Positions 37,685 through 51,608 of a stretch of DNA of 64,000 nt are shown here, piece by piece (positions within the stretch are counted from its first letter, which is position 1; each line of letters begins with the position of its first letter). The stretch lies in the NCBI RefSeq assembly GCF_035594765.1, contig NC_085846.1, positions 12,325,190 to 12,389,189 of the forward strand, given 5' to 3'. The position numbers and the translations under genes were made by a program. A model generated the notes under the pieces. That model did not search any database, was not told the origin of the DNA, and saw nothing but the letters and a program-made list of their open reading frames with translations. Source of the stretch: Anolis carolinensis. Lineage: Eukaryota.

Positions 37685-37774
37685 CTTGTGGTCTTTGCCA
37701 TCCACCTCATACACAGAAATATTGTTCTTCCGGTAGATCTCCTTCCCTGGGGGTTGCCGCCACTGGCACTGTCC
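37685..37774 (-). CDS. KAT8: KAT8 exon 6
   Basis: [30 protein letters not shown]. Confidence 0.97.
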
Positions 37775-38124
37775 CTGAGTTAGAGAAAGAGCAATAATCA
37801 CCTAAAAATTCCAAGTATCTAATGTTTATCAATTCCTCTCTATATTTAAGCTTTTAGGCTCTCAACACACAAAATGAGCAGGCTATTATAAATTATGAGT
37901 TATAATCTTATGAGCTACCAAAAAATGGTTATTGAAAATGATTATTCATATTGCAGAAATATGCCCTAAAGTTCCTTATATCTTTAGGATGGCTCACCAA
38001 AAGATTATTTTAAAAGGTAGATCTGTTGATACCCAACAATCCTGCAAACTGGTTCTCTTTAAGATCTTTCAGTATCACCCTATTCCATATATATTTCTCA
38101 TGTTCTCCCGTTCAACACCCCTCA

Positions 38125-38361
<237 letters not shown>

Positions 38362-38411
38362 CTATACCCTGTCTAGGAAACAACCTGGAACATGTATTAG
38401 GAAACACTCAC

Positions 38412-38465
38412 AGCTTCATGTTCCTTTTCCAAAGCTGCAGTGGTGGGATCCATCTCAGCATAGGT
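38412..38465 (-). CDS. KAT8: KAT8 exon 4
   Basis: TYAEMDPTTAALEKEHEA. Confidence 0.97.
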
Positions 38466-38644
38466 CTGCAATGGAAGAAAACAGAGAAGTGACAATAAAG
38501 TTAATTTAAGGATTCCCCCCTCATTCTCCTTCTTTCACAAGCACACATATACTACTATGGTCTAGATATGCAGGATTTTTCTATCTCTGGACTGAAGCAC
38601 AACACATAATTCTGCCTTCCCAGCCACCTCTCAGTCAGCATTAC

Positions 38645-38820
38645 CTTTTGCACATGGTTGATTTCATCGTGTTTGCGCTTTTGGTTGCGAGTGATTTTGC
38701 GCTCTGGCTGCTCAGACAATTCATTCATGTACTGATCAGTGTTCTTCTGCACCGCATCTTTGACTGTCTTGGTGAGGGCCAGGCGGTTTTTATCCACCCA
38801 CTCATCCAAGCGACGGTTAA
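38645..38820 (-). CDS. KAT8: KAT8 exon 3
   Basis: [14 protein letters not shown]...[19 protein letters not shown]. Confidence 0.97.
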
Positions 38821-40041
38821 CTGTGATTGTTAGGAAGTGGAAAGAGAAAGCCTTTTTATATTATACATTACCTACTTTTGATAGCGTGTTGTCCTATCAG
38901 TATCATGCCCCAAAGTGAAAAATTCAACATGGGGGCTCCAGCTTCTGAAGATCAAGTTAGAAAGCTGGTCCAGAGTTTTCTCTGGATCAGCCTCAAAGGA
39001 GAATGTTGCCTCCAGAAATATACAAAAATGATTAATGTTTTCTACTATTTACACAGGTTTCTATTTTTATTAGTAGTTCTACTATGATTTCATATGAATG
39101 TGGATCTTATACAATAGTGGCTCTTCACAAGAAAAGCTTTAAGATCATTCCAAGTAAGTTTGCTGTGCATGATATTGAAAATTTATTCCCATCATTTACT
39201 GCTGAAACTAGGCTTGACAGATAAACAAAATACAAGAGAATCAGAAACATAGTTGGAAGAAACCACATGGGCCATCTAGTCCAACACTCTACTATACAGG
39301 AAAAGCACAATCAAAGTGCTCCTGACAAATGGACATGCAGTCTCTGTTCAAAAGGCTCCAAGAAAGAAGCTTCCACCACAATCTGAGTCAGAGAGTTCCC
39401 TCTTTGAAAAACTATTCTTACAGTCAAGAAGTTCTTCCTAATATTCAGGTAAAATCTTCTTTCCATTTGAACCTACTGCTCCGAGTCCTAGTCTCTAGGT
39501 AGAAAAAAACAAGCCTGATCCCTTCTTCTTATGACAGTCTTTCAAATATTTAAACAAGGCAGTTGTGTCTCCTCCCAACATTCTCTTCTGTGGGCTAAAC
39601 ATGCCTAGCTCTTTAAGTCGCTCCTCATAGGGCTTTTTTATGCCTCATAGAGCAAAAAGAAGAAATAGTTTAATTTGTAAAAGAACGTTAGGAAGTTAAA
39701 GTAACTCCTCCCTATCAACTCTGTCTTGTTTAGTTCTAAGTCTTTGTATTTTATTTTCCCACTCCTTATTCCTGTTCTCCCTCTAAGCTTCATGTGTATA
39801 CAGATGAAATTCCATGAAGGATAACTAGGCCCTATCAAAACACAATTTATCAAAACACATCCACTCAAAGCAACAACCTGTGATGGGTGTATTCGGAGCA
39901 GTTTTTAAGGAAAGCCAAATATAATCAAAGGATCATAAAACCCCTGGACTAGACAAGACACCATCATCTCTTCCAACTCAATTATTTTTTAATGATCTCC
40001 CCAACGACATTAGTGAATGTGAAGAAACCCACAGCACTCAC

Positions 40042-40116
40042 ATCCAACATAGTGCACGTAAAATTCTTCCCTGGCTTCTTGTTCATTTATTCGAGACTGG
40101 ATCACCTCTGCAGAAT
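40042..40116 (-). CDS. KAT8: KAT8 exon 2 (chromobarrel)
   Basis: [25 protein letters not shown]; canonical splice sites. Confidence 0.96.
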
Positions 40117-40499
40117 CTAGAAGAGAAGCAACTATCAGTCTGGTATAGAGCATTGAAGCAAAGAGCAAACAGCGCTGTCAGTAATTCACCATGACACAGT
40201 CTACCAAAAATATTCATTATCAAGCTGAGGGGGGAAAGGAAGGGGCCCGAGGCTATTAGGAATTGTGGGAGTTGAAGTCCAAAACCCCTGGCGGGCCCAA
40301 GTTTGCCCGTGCCTGTTTGTAGAATCAACGCAGTTTGACAGCACTTTAAGTGCTATGGCTCAATGCTATGGATTCAGGGGAGCTGTAGCTTGGTCCTCTT
40401 GGGCGGAGGATAGGACATAGGCCTGGTGACACCACAGCTCCGAGGATGCCATCGTACTGAACCCTGGCAGTCAAACAGCATGAATGGGCTATAGAGGGA

Positions 40500-41050
40500 G
40501 GCCTGGTCGCCATGGCAGCCACGGGGTCCCCCAAAGTGAGGGCCTTACGCCAGGTCCCGTCCGCGCGCCGGCACAGGTAGGTCTCCCCGATCTCCACGGC
40601 GACCTCGGCTTCGCGGGGCCCCGGCGACGAGGGCGGGTGGTTGGGGTTGGCGTTGCCGCCGCTCCCCGGCGCCTCGTCCTCGTCCTCCCGTCGCGGCTCC
40701 AAGCCAGGAGGACTCTCCCTGCCGCCTTCTTCTCCTCCTCCTCCGCCGCCCCCCTCATCGGGAGCCGAGGCCGCTTCGCCGGCGCTGGGCCTCGCAGCCG
40801 CTGCCATGACGACCGCCACCGCGAGAACTCCCTTTTCCCCTCACGCGGCACCGCGAGAACAGACGAACGGCCCTCCAGGCTTTCCAAGGCCCCAAACCGG
40901 AAGTTAATTCTCCAGCCTGAAGTGAAAGCGGGGGAAAGGGGGAAACGTCAGGGGGCGGCGCGCGAATGTGACGTTGCCGCGCGACACAACTCTCGCGAGA
41001 AGATCGGCACTTGTTGCTAGGAAACCGAAAATCCTCAGCGGCCCACTCTT
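40500..41050 (-). promoter_or_regulatory. KAT8 CpG-island promoter
   Basis: High CpG density; ETS ACCGGAAGT (40896-40904), perfect TCTCGCGAGA element (40991-41000), RFX X-box GTTGCTAGGAAAC (41013-41025). Confidence 0.85.
40549..40807 (-). CDS. KAT8: Histone acetyltransferase KAT8/MOF exon 1
   Basis: ATG at 40807, MAAAARPS...EIGETYLCRRADGTW; C|GTAAGG donor; inside a CpG island. Confidence 0.92.
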
Positions 41051-41149
41051 TTGAGCTTTGTAAGGCCTTAGGCATGGGCCAACTTGGGGTGTGCGGGTGT
41101 TTTGGGTTTCAGTTCTCACAACTGCCTGTCAGTTTCTCCAGTGGTGTGG

Positions 41150-41700
41150 GGCGTAGACATCCTGTGATAATGTGGCATGTCCCATTAAGAGCCGCATCCA
41201 CTGTTTTAACGTGGTGAGATGTATACCACACAAGGCATGCTTACTCTGCAGCAAAGTAGCAAAGCGCAAGAGCAGATGTCTTCACTGTGTCTGGTTGTGC
41301 CAGTCAGTTTTCGTACGATATTCTTTCTAGCACCCATATTATCTTGATAGTCAAGCAGTGCTTCTTGTAAGTCAGAGCACGGATCCAGAGTGACTCCCAG
41401 ATATTTTGGTGTGCTGCAATGCTCCAGTGGGATTCCTTCCCAGGTAATCCTGAGATCAAGATGCTTGTCTGTTCTTAAGATGAAAAGCACACTTCTGTGT
41501 TTTAGATGGATTAGGAATCTGCTGCTTTTCCCTGTAATAGGAACTAAGAGCGCCTACAGCTTTGGAGAGTTTCTGTTCAACCATTTCAAAGCTCTCTGCT
41601 TGAGCAGTGATGACACAATCGTCAGCATAGATCAAACTCTGTCCCTTCTGGCAGTATCTGATCATTTGCGTAAATGTTAAACATTGATGGAGCAAGCACA
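41150..41700 (-). mobile_element. Vingi/Ingi-clade LINE RT fragment
   Basis: Frameshifted IYADD and PKYLGVTLD reverse-transcriptase motifs. Confidence 0.7.
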
Positions 41701-44700
41701 CTCCCCTGCAGCAGGAAATTTAGTATAATGCCAAGTTTTTAACTCTGTGGGGGTTTTTTTGTATACAAGGTGCTTGTTTATAAAGCTATTGTCCTCAAAC
41801 ACTGTTATATGCCTGCGAAACGTGAACTGTTTGTAGACATCACACTTAAATTCTGGAATGATTCCACGAGTGTTGCTTCCGAAAAATCCTGCAAATCTCT
41901 TGGGAAGACAGGCGGACAAATGTCAGTGTGCTGGAAGAAGCAAAAATCACCAACACTGAAGCAATGCTCCTACTCCATCAACTCTGCTGGACTGGCCACG
42001 TTATCCAAATGCACAATCACCATCTCCCAAAACATTCCCAATTACTACATCCCCAATTCAAGAATAGAAAACAGAATGTTGGTGGACAGCAAAAGAGATT
42101 TAAAGATGGTCTTAAAGATAACCTTCAAAACTGGGAAGCCCTAGCTCTTGATTGCTCTAACTGGAAGTCAGCTGTGACCAGCAGTGCTGTGGAATTTGAA
42201 GAGGCACGAATGGAGGGCGAAGGGGAGAAATGTGCCAAGAAGAAGGCGTGTCAAGTCAACCTTGACCGTGACCACCTGTGACCTGGAGACTGATGCCCTC
42301 ACTGGGGAAGAGCACGCAGATCGAGAACAGGGCTCCACAGTCACCTACGTATCCACCGCCAAGACACTACACTTGGAAGGCCATCATACTCAGAGAATGA
42401 GGGATTGCCTATGTATTAGAACTGTATTCTCAATTTGCTTCTGACACGATAAATTAATAGTTTTGAATATTTAATAAACTATACTAAATATTGTTAAAAT
42501 AAAATGTAAAAATACTCAAAACAGTAAATTATTTCAATCCAAGAATTAAAAGTAAATTATTTGCTGTATAATACTCTTAATATGAAATATTTAATAGCAT
42601 TTAATAGTACTGAATATTTAATCAATATCACTAGTTGTTGAAATAAAATGTTAAAATAAATGAAAACACTCAAATCTTTCCATTCAAAAATTAAAACACA
42701 ATTAAAGCAATCCAGTTGCTGTATTTCTTCAATTTGAAGACAGTTGATCAGAAGAGGCTCACTAATTTCAGTGACACCAATAGAAAAAAGCTATATATAT
42801 CATCCACAATTCTGCGACACATCCCCTTTTTAGAAATGTTTATATAAAGAAAAACGCAAATTTGAATTGAAGTAATACAGTATTTAAACAAAAACAAATA
42901 GTTATCAAATGCATTTAAAAAACAAAAAAACAAAACTAAATGTAATGTCATGTGGCAAAATATAGTTTGCCTTTTCATTTGAAGGAGAGGAAGATAAATA
43001 GTATAAAATGAACAAACAAAAATACCATCGATAGAACTTTTAATTTATATAAAATTAAGAGTTTTTAATGAGTCAGAAAAAACCCTGTATGAAAACAACA
43101 GTCACAGTTTATTTGAAACACACTTGGTACAAAACAAATCAAATGGGCAGGATCAGATATTCTACACCGCCTTTTCACTCACTCTTCATCTAAGAATAAC
43201 ACTAACTCACTTAGCACACTAGGATAGGAAAGTAAATTACTCTATTGGTTCCTGTTAACAGAACCAAATGAAATGAAAATAAGGCTGTTATCTTTGTTAA
43301 GGTACAAATCTTGATTCAATACACGTGGTTGATGACAAACCATGATTCTTTTGGAGACACAGTGTTTGGAATAGTATTCTATATTTTATGAAGGGAATAT
43401 TAGGATATTTATATCTTATTATTATTTTTATTTGATTTGTAATATTTTGGGGTATATGCCATTATATTTATTGTGCTGCTTCTAATTGCCGATTTATTGA
43501 TTGTAATGTTTATTATAAATCTGCTAGACTTTGAAATCTGCATTGAAAAATTAGATGAATAGACCCATGTCTTCAAAGACGACTGTTTATTATATTATTT
43601 ATGGAGCAATGGACCCTCCACTTTCTCTGCAGTCAGGGGGCAAGTCCCCCATAAATATGGAAAATCCATTAAAAAAAACAATTTTTTAACCTGAAAGAAG
43701 TAGGAGGCCTAGAACTAGAGAACTTCTAGGAGAAGCTCTTTAATCCTCCAACTTCATTGACCATAGAATAACACTGAAGGAGTTAGAAATGCATATAGAA
43801 GTGTTCTCTCTAGGAATCTCTTGATGCCCCAGCACAACTCCCTGGTCAACTTTCACCATAGAAACCTAAAGATTCCTAGAAATAATGTTGTAATCAAATC
43901 CATGAATAATCTAATCCACAAAAGGCAAACCCACAAATGAGGAAGGCTGAATATAGAAATCAGTTAAGGACCTTCCTTTTTCTCACCATACGTTTAGTGG
44001 GGTGAGAGTACAGTACGTTTTAAATGTTTTTCTCTCTCACAGAAACAGAATTCACATGTAAGTTATTCAAGACCCATTGTGTGTACCTCCCAACACTTGT
44101 CCGTCTTTATTGTTAATTGTGTAACAGCATTGAATGTTTATATTCTGTAATCCGCTCTGAGTTCCCTCGGGGAGACAGAGCAGAATATAAGGTTAAAGGT
44201 AAAGGTTTTCCCCTGACATTTGAGTCTAGTCATGTTGGCAGAAGCTGGGGCTAAGAGCAGGAGCTCACCCCGCTCCCTGGATTTGAACTGCCAATCTTTC
44301 GGTCAGCATGTTCAGCAGCTCAGCAGTTTAACCTGCTGCGCCATCAGGGGCTCCAGTATATTATATTATTATTTATGAAGGGTAAATAGCTCTTTGTTGT
44401 GTCACAGTGGAAGCACAACACGGAGATGAAGCACAGCACATGATCTAGAAAATACCTTTCAGGTAACATGGCAGAACTACTTGGCAGCATAGTATTTTAG
44501 AGCAATTTGTGTTGAACAATATAGAGAACATGCCAGTTTACTCTGTAGGCAATGATATAGCCCCATGGACGATTTTTTGAAAACCTCAGCTTTATGCAAT
44601 AACTTTGACCTATTATTACTGTAACCAAAATGGGAGTGTGATAATCTTGCAATGCCCTTATGTGAATATGAGTCCTATGTCAGTGAGAATGATTTTACCA

Positions 44701-46005
44701 GTCTCAATTGTCCAAATGTACCAGGAGCCATGACAGGAATATATGTAGTCTTATGTACATTTTACTCACAACGTTTCTAGCTCACTTTTTGTCTGAAAAG
44801 CATTGCTTTGGGTGGTGTCATTTAATTTCAGCAATTTTGTCTGACACATGTCTGAGGTGCTATGGTAATCTGGTTACTTCACCACGGGTGTATTTTGACT
44901 TCTCTTGTCTTCCACCAAATGAAAGAACTTCCAAGGCATACCTTTTGTTCATTCACCGGGGTCATTATTTAACATTTTGTGTTGAAATATGTGGGACTTC
45001 AGTGTGTTTTGACAGGACTGCACCAAATTATTCTAACACATAACTCAAAAGAATTTTTGCACAGTTTTCACCAACCATTCAAGATCTTTCAATTTTTGGA
45101 TTGAAGTTCCCATCAACCACAGCTCCCATGGCCAACTGTGATGATTCACAGAAGCTGAAATGCAATGTATCTGATGGGCACCAGGTTAGGAAGTTGTTCA
45201 TATTTTGAACTGATTCAATGAGATGTCTTTAAAACAACAACGAAAGGCAAAACCAGAGAGTACATCCGTCTAAGGGATGTTCCTATTGTATTGTCTTCAC
45301 CAAACAGAACATGAAATCTGGAATGTATCTTGCACAAGTTGTCAAGACACTAGTGAATACTACTGAGTTCTGGATAATGAGGAATATATTATATGCCTCT
45401 AGAAGAAAAATTCTACTACATGGGACTCCACAGTGATAACCAGGTAGCATTCAAAAATTAGCAAGATTGGAAAAGTCTCAGTCAAACTACCTTTGTTCTC
45501 AAACAAGATGAACACCCACAAAACCTCATATTTGTCTCCATTGGGATTAACTTTAAAAGGGGGTATCATCATAGTAGATAGAGTTCTAAGCTTCATTGTA
45601 ATCCCCTTCCAGATGGTATCATAAATGAACTGTCTGAATAAATTCCATAGCATTTATGATAGCAATTCACTCCCTTGAAAGATTAGTTAGCTGTTTCCTA
45701 GTTAATACTGTATATATTTTGATTAAAAATACTCAAAATATCATTTTCTTTCCTTTAAAAAAAACTGTACTAATAAAAGAACCCTCCTAGTTCTGGGAAA
45801 CAGTTCCTCTACATGAGAATGAAAAGGCATCACAAACAAAGCCATCCAGTTTTTACTGTGATACTGCTAACTCTGAGAAACAGCTTAGTTATTCAGTCGT
45901 GATTGGAAAGTTTATGGACCTACCACATTTGGCAACAAGTATACTTTTCAGCAGAACTAACCTCAAGACGAGCTGAAGCCACTCAACCAGGGGCTGTCTT
46001 GGGCA

Positions 46006-47204
46006 CTACGAGAGTAGCATATTAACACTTGTGCCCAAGGAAACGCTAGTGCTTATGGTAAGCACAGAAACCTGGTCCTCCCCAGGATGGACGTGAGCTA
46101 CATGGCGTGGAAACTGTTGCTTATATCTGAAGGTTTTCCCACAGGAAGAGCAGGCATAGGGTTTCTCACCCGTATGGATCCTCTGATGTTTGACCAGTTT
46201 GGAGTTAACATAGAACCCTCGACCACACTGAGGACACTTATAGGGCTTCTCCCCAGTGTGGATTCTCTGGTGTTCAATCAGGGAAGAACTCTGGGAGAAG
46301 CACTTCCCACACTCTTCACACCGATAGGGCCGCTCCCCAGTATGGACACGATTATGAGACACCAGATGGGTTTTCTTCTTGAAGCATTTGCCACAGAGGG
46401 GGCAAGGGAAAGGCTTCTCCCCCGAATGGGTGCGCTCGTGCTTGAGGAGATTGGAGCTCAAGGAGAAGCGCTTCCCGCAGAGGGTGCATGTGTACGGCTT
46501 CTCACCCGAGTGGGTACGCAAGTGCTTCACCAGGTTGGAGGTGCGGCTGAAGGCCTTCCCACACTCCCGGCATGAGAAGGGTGTCTCCCCGGTGTGGGTA
46601 CGTTGATGTTCCGTCAGCGCAGAGCTCCGGCTAAACCCTCGTCCACACTCAGAGCAGGTAAAGGGCTTCTCACCTGTGTGGATCCTCTGGTGTCCCATCA
46701 GGGTTGAACTTTGGGAGAAGCGCTTCCCACATACATTGCACACAAAAGGCCTCTCACCTGTGTGGATCCTCTGGTGTTCAATGAGTACTGAACTCTGTGA
46801 GAAGCTTTTCCCACACTCAGTGCAGTGGTATGGCTTATCCATTGGCCTGCGTGGGGCGGGGGCTGGCAGGGGAGGAGATGGTTCCAGGATACCCAGAAGA
46901 TTGATAAACCCTGGGGGATCATGGGAAATCTCCTTTTCCTGGTGTCTTCTCACCTGGTTCCACCACCGCTGTTCCTCCACCTGAGTGCCACAATTGTTAA
47001 AGCTCTGGGAGTTATTGGGGTGATGCAGCTCAGCATCTCTTTCAGTTGCACCATATTCGTCTTTCACTTGTCTTCCTCCATTGCTCCCGATCAGTAGTCC
47101 TGCCTGGTGAGGCCTCAAAAATGTTCCCATCTCATGTATCTCCACGTTTTCCTCTGGTTCTTTTTTGAACTCTCTTCTCTCAAACTGACTTTCATGCTCA
47201 GCAC
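46006..47204 (-). CDS. C2H2 zinc-finger gene B, finger exon (9 fingers)
   Basis: Nine CxxC-x12-H-x3/4-H units with TGEKP-type linkers; TTTTGTTAGCAG phase-1 acceptor; stop at 46006. Confidence 0.93.
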
Positions 47205-48744
47205 CTGCTAACAAAAGGAGCCCCAATCAGAAATGGAATCTATGACGGCAAGAATATTTATTCTAATACCCTCTTTGAGTACAGTGGAGCCATCCTGTCT
47301 TATAAGGAGTTGGGTCCAGTAGAGTTCTTCTCTGGACAGCAAAAAGAGTCATCCAATTTACAATTTCCCTGTTTTTCCCATATAGCACACCCTGATGGCC
47401 GTAATTCAGTCTCCTATGTTCTGCTATCATTCTCTCTAATAAAGGAATTTGGAGTAATGTTGTTCCACCTTAAGACTAATTTATTCCTGCAAAAGCATTT
47501 AGGACCCAGGGTTCAGCTGCATCTGAAAAAGTTGACTGGCATCTATTAATACTTATGCTGAATCCATGAAAATCTAATTACTGATTAGTCCTCAAAATTT
47601 TGCAAGATTCCTTCTTTCCTTTCTAAAGCAGACTAACATGGTTATCTCTCAAAATCAGATGTTTTGTCTCAGCTTAGATGCAAAACTACAACCTCCAACA
47701 TAACATTTCTTTATATTTGAAGTATTCCACTGAGTAGATATTCGATAATGCTGTAATTAACAACAGACACTGAACCTTTCAAGATGCTCAGAATATTTAG
47801 ACATATATCTCATTCTCTGGATAGGAAATACATTCATATGAATGTCTAAGAAACTAAAGTTGTTTCTGCTAGAAATTTATTTGCCATATTTATTTTGCAG
47901 ATGACTGTAAGGTGAAAAGGGGAGTTCATGCCATATCCAACTGCAGCTATACTCATACTGTAGATTTTATCTCCCATTCTATTTTATAAACATTTCTCTT
48001 ATACACGCAAAAGCATTAACACATGGACATTTAAAAGGAATAATCATTTCCACTCCCAAAGCATTTCTCCCTGCTTTAGAAAACTGATGATAAACCATCA
48101 TCAACCATGAATTTCAAAGCTGGCTTCAAGACCACATGATACAAATATTTTATCTTAATAAAACCTACACTACTTTAGTAAATTTCCCTTGTGGCTACTT
48201 TAAGGTCAGCATTTGTCTTTCTTTCCAAATATTCAAATGCCAACCTCCATTTTTTGATGAACCCTTCATTATTTCCTCCCCAGATACCATTTGAAAGCTT
48301 GCATTTCTTGACACAAACCAACTGTATTACAGTTACAGTAGATTTTCAGTTAACCAGCATCTATGGGGACTTGCAGATGCAGGATAAATGTAGTTTCTGG
48401 ATGCTTGAGAGTTACTATAAAAATAGGCTTAATTAATGATATATATCATACCATACCCTCTGTAGTGACTTGATATTAATATTGGCATACAGTAATTAAT
48501 AGCAAAGAGAAAGTAACACAGTTTTATTATAATTTATTATTTATTTTAATTTTTATTTCTTCAATATTTTTGCCTGTTTCTTGAGTGTTTCAGATGCATG
48601 AGCTCCAGTTAAGTGAGAGCCTACTGTACCATTCTAATATTTTTGAATCTCTGAGAATTAACATTGTCGATCTTATTTTTTTCGAATTTTTAATCTCTAA
48701 TGTGCCATGAAGCAGGAAAAATGGCTCTCCCCATTCTGACTTAC

Positions 48745-48799
48745 TTTTGTCTTTCAGTTTCTCCTTTTCCTCTGCACCTCCCAAAGGTTTCCTTTCCAT
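48745..48799 (-). CDS. C2H2 ZNF gene B, probable ATG exon (MERKPLGGAEEKEKLKDK)
   Basis: AGGATGG Kozak; A|GTAAGT phase-1 donor in frame with 47204, giving 417 aa. Confidence 0.6.
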
Positions 48800-49174
48800 C
48801 CTGCAGAGCGTATACTAGAAAGCCCAGAGAAGCTTTTGGCAAAGCCACAGGGCAGAAGCAAGAGACAAGGCAGCGCTCACAGTCCTGCAGCTTGGACACT
48901 CCTGAGTGGTGCCTGCAGAGTGTTGGAGGGAACCCAGTGATGATGTCACATCCTCAACCAAGTTCACATGATGCAGGGGGAACTGGAGGGGGGAGAGGAA
49001 GCGGAATCCTGGAGGCAGTTGCTAGGAGACCCAAAGATGCACACCAGGCCAAGCAAGACCTAAAGACACATGAAGCCTTGGGTTCTGGTTCAGCCCTAGA
49101 CTCTGCTTTGCTCTTGCTGCTTCTCTCTGGAAAAGAACAGAACTGTGAAGTTTAATTTTCTGCACAGAATGGCC

Positions 49175-49209
<35 letters not shown>

Positions 49210-49264
49210 TATATACAAATAAATAATAAATAATATAAAATAAATAATAGCTATGCCATACCTT

Positions 49265-49592
49265 GGAGCCCCTGGTGGCACCGTGGATTAAACCGCTGAA
49301 CTGCTGAACTTGCTGAACGAAAGGTCGGCGGTTTGAATCCAGGGAGCAGGGTGAGCTCCCGCTGTTAGCCTCAGCTCCTGCCAACCTAGCAGTTTGAAAA
49401 CATGCAAATGTGAGATCAATAGGTACTGCTCCAGTGGGGAGGTAACAGCGTTCCATGCAGTCATGCCGGCCACGTGATCTTAGAGGTGTCTACGGACAAC
49501 GCCAGCTCTTTGGCTTAGAAATGGAGATGAGCACCAACCACCAGAATCGGACTCAACTAGACTTAAAGTCAGGGGAAAACCTTTATCTTTAC
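49265..49592 (+). mobile_element. Sauria SINE, full length
   Basis: Head and tail intact; 14-bp TSD CTATGCCATACCTT. Confidence 0.92.
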
Positions 49593-51290
49593 CTATGCCA
49601 TACCTTCTAGATTAATGTTGCTAGTAATAACTCCCATCCTAGAGGCTTAGATGTTCCCCTCCTTGCTGTCATTATCTTACACCAGCAGTTTTAGTAAAGG
49701 AAAGCTTTTCAAGAACATGCTGTTCATGTTTTAAAATGTTGTTAGCATTACTGGTCTTTAATGTTTATTATACTGTACATGTTTTAATTTGTGAGTCACC
49801 AACAGTTCTGTAGAATTTGAAGAGGTACGAATAGAGGGTGAAAGGGAGAAATGTGTCAAGAGGAACTCTTGTTGGGATTGCCTTCCATCTTGAAATCGAT
49901 GTCCTCACATGAAGATCAAGGATAGATCTCTAGTTACCTACAGACCCACCTCCAAGACCCTGCACTTGGAAGGCAATCATACTTGGCCACGAGTGATCAC
50001 CTATAATTTTTTTTTGTGTCGGGAGCGACTTGAGAAACTGCAAGTTGCTTCTGGTGTGAGAGAATTGGCCATCTGCAAGGACGTTGCCCAGGGGGACGCC
50101 CGAATGTTTGATGTTTTACCATCCTTGTGGGAGGCTTCTCTCATGTCCCCACATAGGAGCTCATCTGCACTCTGGCAACCTTCAGGTCAGCAACCCAGCT
50201 TTCAAGTCAGCAGTCCTGCCAGCACAAGGGTTTAATCCACTGCATCACCAGGGGCTCCACCGCCTATAATGATGATGCTTCTTTAATGGTTATTATATTC
50301 TACTTGTTTTCATTTGTGCATCACCTTGAGTCCCAGGCAAAATTACTTAGTTAAGTATAGGCTAATACAGTTATATTTAATACAGAAGAATCTACCCCAA
50401 TGGTTATGCTGTGGGTACAGATCACCCCTATTTATCTCTTCTAGAAATTCTGTTCTGAAAACACTACATTAGACAAAAGAATGGGTACAATGAGAGAAAA
50501 AGCATTTATTTTCACGGCCTATGATTAACAAAATTTAAATATGCACAATTCTCAAACACAGATATTTTTTTTAAAAAAGAATTTTTAAGGCAAGTAAAAC
50601 AAACAATAAAATACATTAAAAAAACAGTGGATCTGTTGTGTTGAGCATATGTGAGAACTTACTCCTGCCTTGCTCTTTTCTGCCTCAGATTCAAACCACT
50701 GCTCAGTTTCAATTTAGTATCAAACTTGCAAAATGAAGAAGAGGGGTACATATCTGGTATGTGCCCCGTTCTCCCAAATTCTGATTGAAATATCCTTGCT
50801 ACTTTACACAAAATCTTGGATAAGAAATATCTGGACCTCTCTGGTTTATCAGTTCAATAACACAACAAATGCATGAATGCTCCTCAGTTGGTATGAGGGA
50901 TTCAAGCATCCTCTCTTCAAGAAGTGCTGCTGTAGTGCAGATACTGCATTTCTTCAGTATCTATCACTGCTGGGCAAATGTATGTTGAAATGTTCTATCA
51001 CTGAATGACAAAGCTTTAGATATAATTAGCTATGTAGCAGAAGTGCTAACAAACACTGTTAGTGAATTGTAAAAATGTGTAACGGGATACACTGATGCAT
51101 ATCAAGCTCTACTGATGCACATCAACACTCCCTTGCTGGGGTACTGTTATGCAGAATAACACGGTCATTCTGACTGAGGAAATAAGGAATTGAGATATTG
51201 AGTTATTAAAACCTTTCCCTTCATGAGGCTAAAGTTAGCCAAACTGCAGTTTAAAAAAAGTTATACCAATAGAGGTGGGATCCAAACTTA

Positions 51291-51429
51291 GAGCCCTTCC
51301 ACACAGCCATATAACCCAGAATATGATGGCAGATTATCCACAATATCTGGTTTGACCTGGATTATCTGAGTCCTCACTGCCATATAATCTGGTTCAATGT
51401 GGATTTTATACAGCTGTGTGAAAGGGGCC
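51291..51429. mobile_element. Harbinger-like MITE (family D) in ZNF-A 3'UTR
   Basis: TIR G(A/G)GCCCTTCCACACAGC with TTA TSD; second copy at 56526-56664. Confidence 0.75.
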
Positions 51430-51608
51430 TTAGTCATTTATCAAGTAGATCCACTGCAATCATGACAAGCTTTAGTTCCAATGATTTTAGCGTGCTTCCT
51501 CTATGAATAAGCCTGGATCCAACCCAAAAACAGGAAGGCAGTGAAAGAGGCTACAATCATAAAGACATAATTGAGGAGTCTTATGCTACACACTGCCTAA
51601 TATCTGTA

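Noticed and set aside
40484-41075. Several long ORFs over KAT8 exon 1
   Set aside because: Stop-poor GC-rich CpG island; only the frame from the ATG at 40807 splices into KAT8.
46087-47097. Plus-strand ORFs opposite the ZNF exons (also 51672-52692)
   Set aside because: Antisense shadows of repetitive C2H2 codons; no independent coding signal.
49265-49345. tRNA gene
   Set aside because: The A/B boxes belong to a Sauria SINE head, with SINE body, tail and TSD.
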